Made by a program: the position numbers and the translations under genes. A stretch of 59,742 nt of DNA from a virus (taxonomy: Duplodnaviria; Caudoviricetes). The stretch covers positions 1 through 59,742 of IMG/VR virus record IMGVR_UViG_3300008110_000054, one strand, 5' to 3'. Position 1 is the stretch's first letter. Each line of letters starts with the position of its first letter. The notes beneath the pieces are model-generated. The model ran no database searches, was not told the origin of the DNA, and worked only from the letters and a program-made list of their open reading frames with translations. This document shows, in pieces, positions 36,528 through 44,125 of this stretch.

Positions 36528-36558
36528 AAACCTCCACGATTACCTTAGGGTTAAAAAC

Positions 36559-37119
36559 TTAGTAGCCAGTCTTGCCAGGCTTGTAGACTGGCCAGAAGGA
36601 CAACACGTAGTTACGGTCGCTCTGACGCTTGCGCTTTGCACGGCTCACAACGCCAACAACGGCGGTTGGGTTGGTGCTACCGCTTAGCGAGGTAGAGTTT
36701 TCCAAGGTGGTAATTCCCTGGTTGGTTAGCTTACCCTTGGTGATGGCTGCGGTGTTGTCAGCCTTCAGGTAATCGTTGGGGTTGTAGGTTTGAGCGGTAT
36801 CGAACTCGGTGGTTTCGAGTTCGTAAGCGCCCTTAGCCACTAGACCAGTGAGGTTACCGTCTGGTCCGATTGGATACCAGAGGCTACCGCCGCTGTTGGT
36901 GACGTCGCTATCTGCGTTGTTTTGCAACAAGAAGATAGGCATCTGGCTGCCAGAGCAGCCAAGACGGAATTCACCGTTTGAGTCTAGATAAACTACGCGA
37001 CCTGCGAAAGCATAAGCAGCGTAGGTTTCGCTTGCGCTGAGCTTGGCGGTGAAGTCAAGCGCAGCCATGTGGAACCAACCCTTGACAGCGTCTAGGGTGT
37101 GATCAAACATCTGAGCCAT
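36559..37119 (-). CDS. Capsid decoration/cement protein
   Basis: Directly upstream of the MCP; G.YELET.EFD...Y.PND.L and VVGVV beta-tulip-like pattern; CAGGAGG RBS before MAQMF. Confidence 0.65.
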   Translation of the reverse strand: MAQMFDHTLDAVKGWFHMAALDFTAKLSASETYAAYAFAGRVVYLDSNGEFRLGCSGSQMPIFLLQNNADSDVTNSGGSLWYPIGPDGNLTGLVAKGAYELETTEFDTAQTYNPNDYLKADNTAAITKGKLTNQGITTLENSTSLSGSTNPTAVVGVVSRAKRKRQSDRNYVLSFWPVYKPGKTGY

Positions 37120-37156
37120 GGAAAAAACCTCCTGTGTCATTTAGACACAAATAAAA

Positions 37157-37543
37157 TTAACCCTTTAGCCCCAGAACCTCGTCAAACCGCAGATCACTGG
37201 CTCGCGCCTGGGAAGTGCGCGCTCCAACGTAAGGAGGATTGGCCGAAGCCTTCTTCTCCTGGACGGCGTGACCAAGCTGACGAGGACGAATCGTACGATT
37301 CGTGTCAGCAGTCTTTTCAAGGATTTCCAGTACCTTGACTGGATCCTTTAGCATGGCAGCGCACTTTTCACGATCTTTAGGATCGATGCGCTCATGCGCG
37401 ATTAGGGCGTCAACAACAGCTGGAATCAGCGCAGCAGCTTTGTGCTGAGCAGCTTCAGCTTGTTTGACCAGCTTTTCAGCTGCGTCAAGGGCAGCAGCGC
37501 TGCACTCGACATAGTCAACAACGTCTACAAGATCACTAGCCAT
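37157..37543 (-). CDS. Head assembly protein (scaffold-associated)
   Basis: Helical, CAGGAGG RBS, KQA/KTA/KKAS motifs. Confidence 0.55.
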   Translation of the reverse strand: MASDLVDVVDYVECSAAALDAAEKLVKQAEAAQHKAAALIPAVVDALIAHERIDPKDREKCAAMLKDPVKVLEILEKTADTNRTIRPRQLGHAVQEKKASANPPYVGARTSQARASDLRFDEVLGLKG

Positions 37544-37564
37544 TTAAAGGCCTCCTGTTAAGGG

Positions 37565-38836
37565 TCAACCAACGATTTCGGCAATGCACTTCTTGATTTC
37601 GTCGCGAAGCTTGCGCTGTCCAGCGGTCTTTGCGGATGAAATCTGAAACTTGCCACTACGAGCGCGAGCCTTGGCAGCCTTCATCAGACCAAAAATCTGA
37701 TTGTTGCTGGCTTTAGCGGAAGCCATTTTTGGAGCCTCCATACCAGCCATAGCCGCTTCAGGAGGCATGGCAGCAGCTTCAGGAGCCATGCCCATGTCGC
37801 CACCTTCGGCGCTTAGAGCTGCCATGACTTCGTCAGGGCTTACGCCCATTTCAGCCAAAGCACCGAGAAGTTCGTCAATGGAACCAGCGTCGCCAGCTGG
37901 AGCGGCTTCGCCGCCCATAGCTGCTAGGTCGCCTTCGGTAGCGCCGATGTCGCCACCAGAAGCCATACCTTCATCGCCTTCTTCCTTTTCGCCCTTCTCT
38001 TCGCCTTCTTCCTTCTCGCCTTCTTCTTCAGCAGCCTTTTGAAGCTGTGATGTGAAGGCAGTCAGGTACTGGCCAGTAGCCGTAGCAGCGTCTAGAGCGC
38101 TACGAAGCATGTTTTCAGAAGCAACTTTGAAGAAAGCAGCGGTATCTTCTTCAGAAAACTCGCCACTCTGTACGGCTTGGTCGTAGCCGATAGCAGCAGC
38201 CTTCTTCTCATCTTCGTGCTTTTCTTCTTCCTTGCTTTCTTCTTTCTTGCCGTGGGTGGTTTCGCCCTTGTTAGAACGCAGTGCGGCAAGATCAGAACCA
38301 GTGATCTTGCCGTCCTTAGGGTTTACGTCAAGCTTCTCCTGATTACCGTGGAGTTCAGCTTGCTTAATGATGTTAGAGATCTTGGCGAGTAGGGCGTTAG
38401 CCTTCTTCTCGGTAAGACCCTTGAGCTTATTGAAGCCCATGGAGCTGTACTTTTCGCCATCTTCGGTCTTTGCTGGATGGCTGGTACCTGGATCGTCCTT
38501 GGTACCCTTGTAGTTGTCTTCGTTGGCTGGGTCTTCACCAGTAGCGGTGGAAGTGATGCCAACGTCTAGCTGCTGATCTTCCTGGGAAGGAGGATTGTCA
38601 GTAGCTGAGTCAACGCCGCCAGCTGGTACTTGCTTCTTAACGTCAGCGGTGTTCTCAGCGGAACGAGCGCCTTCGTTAGCATCGCCAGTCTGGTCGTCAA
38701 CATTCTTTACTGGGTGGCTAGTGTCGCCACCACGGCTTCCAGCTTCGGTGTTAGCCTCAGCCTTCTTTGAAGAGGCAGCTTTAACCTGCTGTACTTCAGC
38801 TAGGAAGCTACGCAACTCATCGTACATGCTCGACAT
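37565..38836 (-). CDS. Scaffolding/prohead core protein
   Basis: Acidic, low-complexity, many KxA motifs, between protease and capsid genes. Confidence 0.7.
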   Translation of the reverse strand: MSSMYDELRSFLAEVQQVKAASSKKAEANTEAGSRGGDTSHPVKNVDDQTGDANEGARSAENTADVKKQVPAGGVDSATDNPPSQEDQQLDVGITSTATGEDPANEDNYKGTKDDPGTSHPAKTEDGEKYSSMGFNKLKGLTEKKANALLAKISNIIKQAELHGNQEKLDVNPKDGKITGSDLAALRSNKGETTHGKKEESKEEEKHEDEKKAAAIGYDQAVQSGEFSEEDTAAFFKVASENMLRSALDAATATGQYLTAFTSQLQKAAEEEGEKEEGEEKGEKEEGDEGMASGGDIGATEGDLAAMGGEAAPAGDAGSIDELLGALAEMGVSPDEVMAALSAEGGDMGMAPEAAAMPPEAAMAGMEAPKMASAKASNNQIFGLMKAAKARARSGKFQISSAKTAGQRKLRDEIKKCIAEIVG

Positions 38837-38930
38837 GGTTTAAACTCCTTGGAAAAAACAATCGTACAAAACCCTGCCGTGAGGCTGTTGCACTACACCT
38901 AAGTTTAATTGTCCAGATAGCAAACTAAGT

Positions 38931-38950
38931 CTGCAAGACTAATCTTGCAG
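38931..38950. other. Short inverted repeat after the protease stop codon
   Basis: CTGCAAGA-CTAA-TCTTGCAG, 8-bp stem. Confidence 0.45.
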
Positions 38951-38953
38951 AAT

Positions 38954-40432
38954 TTAAGCTAGGTAGTTGGAGCGTACGGCATGCTCTTTATACCAGCCAA
39001 AATTCGAGTCATTCTTGAGTTCGTTCAAGAAATATAACTGATACGTAGCATAACGTCTAGCTAACTGCTCTGCCTCGTCAGCCGAAGCTGTCTTGATCAG
39101 ATCATTAGCTCTGCCTCTAAAACTGGCAGTTTTTACACCGCCAGCTTTTACGAACTGAGACATAACTCTTCGTTCAAAGTTGTTTGTGGCTATAGACTTA
39201 GCTTCTGCAGTCTTCTTAGCCCAGCTGCTGATATTTTCTGATGGAAAAGCAGCAGAAGGATCACAAACGCTTTCTGCGATGCAGTGCTCAAGGCTGCTGT
39301 GTTCAGAAATCATTCTGCTGAACACGCCAGGAAGTTTAGCCTCTATATCGGCTGCGCTGGCTGACTTAAGAACACCATTATCGAATCCAGAAGCAGCTAC
39401 TACAGCCAGCCAGTCTTTTACGCTCAGGGCAACTTTTTCTCTGGCTAGGGCTCTCCACACCTGCATGTTGGTGAGTACACCAGTAGGTATGTTGGACACG
39501 CTGGCAGTCTTATCGTTAAGAATGACCGCGTCTTTCATAGACGTTCCAAATTTTCCGTTTTCTAGATCTGATTCCAGATCGGCTAGCTCATAAGCAATTT
39601 TTACAAGCTGAGCTGTTTTTGGATCCATACTGTCAAATCGAAGACTGTAAGGCATCGTTACGCCCATTTCTTCGGCAAGAAGGGCACCACCAACAGGCTG
39701 ATTAGACGCAGCTTTAAGATGACCAAAGACATAAGCTATGCGGTCAGCTGGACGATACACGTCGCTAATGTCGAACCATCTGGGTTCTGGATTATCAACA
39801 TGCAGCACATGTCCGTCTTCAGCAACCTTGGTTAGGTTGTCCATGCAACCGCCGTACTTACATGTTCTGTCTGTGCAGTACTGCGCACGGCTGGGAGCTT
39901 TGTTTCCACAGCCAGAGCATACGTCGTAAGGAACGGAACAGGCCATGCTTACAGCTAGCTCTTTGTTGTTAGCCAGCTTTTCCATTTCTTTGTCGGCTAT
40001 CAGACCGCCGTTACGGTCTGCAGCTTCTTTTGTAGCGTTTAGAGCTACCAGCAATTCAACGCGCTTCATCGCCTCGTTGAACGCCGACATCTTGATAACG
40101 CCATAACTTTTCGCTTGATCTTTATTTTGGTGGTTGCGGTACCAGCGCGCGTGCTTGACGAACGTAGGATGGTACTTGCGACAAGTCGCAGACTTGAAGC
40201 CATCTCCGTTACGGTTTGGGCCATAGGCCTCCGTAGATCCAATAGCAATAAGATGCACGAGCTGCTCACCTGGCGCGACGTGGACATCGCGAAGTTTATC
40301 AGCGAATTCATGGCCTGCTCTTTTTACGAATGAGCGAAGGTCGTCTCCGCGTAGACCTTTATTAGACACCTTGACCATTTCGGTCTGTGCTATATCAAGG
40401 TTCTGCGCGCCAGGGGTGATGATCTTTATCAT
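38954..40432 (-). CDS. Prohead maturation protease (HK97/assemblin-like) with Cys-rich insertion
   Basis: PNRNGDGF, YRNH (His), AVSMAC (Ser), CSGCG..C..C..C insert, FDISDV.RPAD.IA. Confidence 0.82.
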   Translation of the reverse strand: MIKIITPGAQNLDIAQTEMVKVSNKGLRGDDLRSFVKRAGHEFADKLRDVHVAPGEQLVHLIAIGSTEAYGPNRNGDGFKSATCRKYHPTFVKHARWYRNHQNKDQAKSYGVIKMSAFNEAMKRVELLVALNATKEAADRNGGLIADKEMEKLANNKELAVSMACSVPYDVCSGCGNKAPSRAQYCTDRTCKYGGCMDNLTKVAEDGHVLHVDNPEPRWFDISDVYRPADRIAYVFGHLKAASNQPVGGALLAEEMGVTMPYSLRFDSMDPKTAQLVKIAYELADLESDLENGKFGTSMKDAVILNDKTASVSNIPTGVLTNMQVWRALAREKVALSVKDWLAVVAASGFDNGVLKSASAADIEAKLPGVFSRMISEHSSLEHCIAESVCDPSAAFPSENISSWAKKTAEAKSIATNNFERRVMSQFVKAGGVKTASFRGRANDLIKTASADEAEQLARRYATYQLYFLNELKNDSNFGWYKEHAVRSNYLA

Positions 40433-40441
40433 TCGTCACCT

Positions 40442-41344
40442 TTACTGTGGGAAGTCTGTGTTTAGCTGATCGATTATCTGATTGGCTCGCTGGTTGGATA
40501 CGCCACCAGCAAAGCGCCTTAGGACAGGCACATAGCTAGCCCATCCAGGAGTGGTTTCCTTACTTAAATCTTTTAGTTTAGCCAGCAGCTGTGGGTTGTC
40601 TGCGCCAAGCCCTCTGTCTCGCATGCTTTGAATTACTGGATTAAGCTCTGCAGACGTCTGTCCAGGGGTTTTGCCAGAGAACATAGCGTCAGCTGTTCCA
40701 GCGGCTAAACCAGTAAGCCCACCTACTCGCTTACTAAGTCGGTTTGGCACGTATTTAAATAGACTAGCTGCGGTAGGTCCTGTGAACCTAGCCAGCAATC
40801 TGTCCCTTAAACCTTTTCCGCCAGGAGTGCCGATACCTAAGGCTTTGTCGGCTAGAAGACTAGCCCCTACGCCAGCAGCCCCAGTACCTGCTAAATGGGC
40901 TGCGCCGCCATAAGAACGGTTGGCTAATCCAGTAGCATTCACTCTGTCTCGCAGCTCAGCCATGGCTTTGCTGTCGCCAGAAGGTCTGCCAGTAATCTGC
41001 TCTATGGCTTTAGGGTCCATGACTAAAGTTCCAGCAGCGCCTAGACCAGCGCCGCCAAGAGCCCCTAACAAACCATGCGAAAGCATATTCTTAAATTTTT
41101 TCTTTTTCGAAAACAATCCACTTAGTGCGCCTGCGCCTAAACCTATACCTCCCCCCAAGATCGCATTCTGCGCAAGGCTTGGAAGAGCATTGTAGGAAGA
41201 TTTCAAGTCAGCGTAATGTTTTTCAGCTGTGTCTTTAAGACTTTTAGCCCATTCAGGGTACTCGCCAGCCTTGATGACTCCACCAAGGCTACGAGAAACA
41301 ACAGCCTTCTGAGCCAAATCTTTAGAAATGTCAGATAGTTGCAT
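40442..41344 (-). CDS. Glycine-zipper candidate ejection/internal head protein
   Basis: GGGIGLGAGALSG, GLLGALGGAGLGAAG hydrophobic Gly zippers; Cys-free. Confidence 0.55.
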   Translation of the reverse strand: MQLSDISKDLAQKAVVSRSLGGVIKAGEYPEWAKSLKDTAEKHYADLKSSYNALPSLAQNAILGGGIGLGAGALSGLFSKKKKFKNMLSHGLLGALGGAGLGAAGTLVMDPKAIEQITGRPSGDSKAMAELRDRVNATGLANRSYGGAAHLAGTGAAGVGASLLADKALGIGTPGGKGLRDRLLARFTGPTAASLFKYVPNRLSKRVGGLTGLAAGTADAMFSGKTPGQTSAELNPVIQSMRDRGLGADNPQLLAKLKDLSKETTPGWASYVPVLRRFAGGVSNQRANQIIDQLNTDFPQ

Positions 41345-41355
41345 GATTATTTCCC

Positions 41356-42717
41356 TTACAGGCCTTTACGACGATATGGGTCAATGTCACGTTCTTTGAT
41401 TTTGTTTTCCATGTCTAGAAGCTGGCTTACTTCAAATGGGTCAATAGCGCTTTGACCGCCAGCCAGTCTTTTACGTAGAACAGCTCTTACAATGCCTTCT
41501 TGCCCAGAAGCTCTGGGAGCAATTTGGCTGATCTCGTTGTAATGATGAATTACTTCTTCTGGATCGTACGAGCTGATGATCTCGTCGTTTGCCATAAGAT
41601 CCGTAAGCAAAGCAGAAGTCTGCATATTACGCAGCTTTGCGGTATGCCCTGGATCTTGCAAGGCCTTCATAGCTTTGTTTTCAGCCACTTCTTTATCGAA
41701 AGTGGTCATTCCAGCTATGTCTTTAAAAATACCTTTAGAAGCTTCGTCTCTAGCCTTGGTCATTTCGCTAAGAGGGTTTAAAAAGCTTCTTTTTTCAACA
41801 GACTCCAGAACCCCATATGTTACTTGGGGGTTCTGGGCTTCGCCAAAAGGGAGGATCAGTTTCTCCATTTCAGCTTTAGTCTTTTTTTCAAAATCTTCAA
41901 ACGAGGCTTTTTTCTCAAGATACTTGGCTGCTACATCCATGCAGTTGCGAACCAAGTTGTAAGGCTCTTGTTGAAAATTAACCAGAGAAAAGTACTCTCT
42001 GTCGGAGCTGGCTTGTTTAGCTAATTGTCTGTTCTTAGATTCAAGAATGTTGAACAACATGGAGGCCTGTTTGCCGAAAGTCCTCACCATATTATTCTTA
42101 ACGCTAAGAAAAGGCTCACAGCCTGGCCTCTTAAAATACTCGGCAAGTTTGGTGATAGATTCCAGAAGAGTGTCGTGTAGGTTTGATACCTCGCCTCTTC
42201 TATTTTCTATTTCACGCTGCCTGTCTTTCATACCTGCATGAGCTTTCTTCATTACGCTCATGGGATCTACAGGCAGAGGAGCTACTTCTGTAACTACTTT
42301 GCCAGACTTGGTTTGCAAAGGAGGCAGAGTTTGATTAAACGTAGCTTTCTTTACCAGATCGCGGTGCCATACTGGAGGCAGACCGTATTCTGGAGAAACA
42401 ACGCTTTCTGTTCTAGCTTCTGCAGCTGTCTTAACAGAGTCTGGATACATTTCTTTGAGAATGCTCTCAGCGTCTGCCAGATCAAACTCTGCAGCTTTTT
42501 CAAACACGTCATCGCAAACTTTTCGCTGAGTTTCGGTTCGCCCTGTGTTGAAAGCACTAACCATTAGGTTAATGTGCCCAGCAGGGATACCCTCAGCTGA
42601 TGCGATTTTGACAATAGCGTCGTTTGGATTAACGCCATCAGCTACCAACTCAGCTACTTTTTCAAGGGCAGCTGTAAGGCGTTGCTCTGCTTGCTTGTTC
42701 AGTTTATTAATTGCCAT
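41356..42717 (-). CDS. Helical head-associated protein rich in KxA motifs
   Basis: About ten K-x-A motifs (KQA, KIAS, KTAA, KKA, KQAS). Confidence 0.55.
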   Translation of the reverse strand: MAINKLNKQAEQRLTAALEKVAELVADGVNPNDAIVKIASAEGIPAGHINLMVSAFNTGRTETQRKVCDDVFEKAAEFDLADAESILKEMYPDSVKTAAEARTESVVSPEYGLPPVWHRDLVKKATFNQTLPPLQTKSGKVVTEVAPLPVDPMSVMKKAHAGMKDRQREIENRRGEVSNLHDTLLESITKLAEYFKRPGCEPFLSVKNNMVRTFGKQASMLFNILESKNRQLAKQASSDREYFSLVNFQQEPYNLVRNCMDVAAKYLEKKASFEDFEKKTKAEMEKLILPFGEAQNPQVTYGVLESVEKRSFLNPLSEMTKARDEASKGIFKDIAGMTTFDKEVAENKAMKALQDPGHTAKLRNMQTSALLTDLMANDEIISSYDPEEVIHHYNEISQIAPRASGQEGIVRAVLRKRLAGGQSAIDPFEVSQLLDMENKIKERDIDPYRRKGL

Positions 42718-42731
42718 TTGCCATAAACCCC

Positions 42732-43679
42732 CTATTCGTCTGTAGTCTGTTCTGGTTCTGGCAGGGTATACCCTTCAAAGTCATTTTGAACTGTTTGGCC
42801 TGTTGCGGCTAGTAGCATTTCACTAGCCCTTAATTCTACTGGTTGGCTATCTACATCTTTCATAAGAGGAAGAGTTCGATGCTTCATCGTACCAGAACCA
42901 GTAGACCAATACAAACTGTTAAACACCTTACCCAACCCTGCTGTAATTACTTCTATACCACCACCAGCAGCGGAATCTTTTTCTATCTGTCGATAAGTTT
43001 GCTCGACTGTCATAGCGCTTACAGCAGTAAAGTTATTAATCGGGTTAATTACCATGGCTTTAGAAGCATTCATATTAGCTTGAACAGGTAGAGCCGAAGC
43101 CAACAAGCCGTTTGCCTCGTCTTCCGACTCAGCGTGTTGCTTTTTGATACCTATTCTTCTAATAACCATGTCTAACATCACAGGACCGCCAAAATAACCG
43201 TACATCTTCCAAAGAAGATCAAAGTCTCTTTCAGTCAGCCCCACGTGAATAGACCTACCCACCACACTGTGAATAATCCAGCTAACGTTCTCCAATCTGT
43301 CACTAACGTTAAAAAATATCTTCTCGTATGTGTTTATTGTTTCTATGTCCAAGCTCATTTTTTGAGCTATGCTGCTGTAGCTTTCTCTTGCTAACAGTCG
43401 TGCTTCTAATTCCCACCTGTGGCTGTTTTTTGAATTATCACTATAAAAAGTATGAGCGTCGAATATGTGTTCGTTTTGCTCACATAATTCGACGCTGTCC
43501 ATTTCGTCTTCTACTTCATCTAATTTTTCAGCAAAACAATATGCCTCAAATAGATGAGCGTCTATTTTAAACCTAGACAGCCTAGACCCAAGTCTTCTGT
43601 ACGCTTTTACTTTGAGCCAGCGCCAATCGACTGGTCTAAACGGGCTTTTAGGTCTGAGATGGACTAACTGCATACTCAC
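42732..43679 (-). CDS. Hypothetical protein
   Basis: 315-aa coupled ORF with no recognised motif. Confidence 0.6.
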   Translation of the reverse strand: MSMQLVHLRPKSPFRPVDWRWLKVKAYRRLGSRLSRFKIDAHLFEAYCFAEKLDEVEDEMDSVELCEQNEHIFDAHTFYSDNSKNSHRWELEARLLARESYSSIAQKMSLDIETINTYEKIFFNVSDRLENVSWIIHSVVGRSIHVGLTERDFDLLWKMYGYFGGPVMLDMVIRRIGIKKQHAESEDEANGLLASALPVQANMNASKAMVINPINNFTAVSAMTVEQTYRQIEKDSAAGGGIEVITAGLGKVFNSLYWSTGSGTMKHRTLPLMKDVDSQPVELRASEMLLAATGQTVQNDFEGYTLPEPEQTTDE

Positions 43680-44113
43680 CCGACGTCAGTGTCGCCACCA
43701 ATAAGCACATCCCAAGTAGAATCGCCAGATCCTTCTGGTGTAATTTGAATGTATATCTTTCTAACAGGGTTGGTGTAGGTGCCGTCCTGGTTACGGAACG
43801 AACGACCTACGCTGTCAGAAATTTTGAGAAGAGTTCCAGCTGTACCAGACTGCTCTTCAAAAACAACATACATTTCTGGCGAAGACACGCACTTCAAAGG
43901 GCCTGAGCCGTCTACATCACCGATAGATGATGACGGCTCTCCACAGCCTTTGATTGAGTTGTAAACTGTGACCTTGAAATTAACCAAGGTTCCGCCAGTC
44001 TGCTGAATTAGAAGACGCTTGATATGGGCTTCTGGAGGAAAGCCGATTTCCCAGCAGTTAGCCTGGCCTTTGGTGGCATGCAGACTGCACAGTCTTCTTT
44101 CATAGATACGCAT
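43676..44113 (-). CDS. Hypothetical beta-rich protein
   Basis: AGGAG RBS, 145 aa. Confidence 0.6.
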   Translation of the reverse strand: MRIYERRLCSLHATKGQANCWEIGFPPEAHIKRLLIQQTGGTLVNFKVTVYNSIKGCGEPSSSIGDVDGSGPLKCVSSPEMYVVFEEQSGTAGTLLKISDSVGRSFRNQDGTYTNPVRKIYIQITPEGSGDSTWDVLIGGDTDVG

Positions 44114-44125
44114 TGGTGTCTCCTA

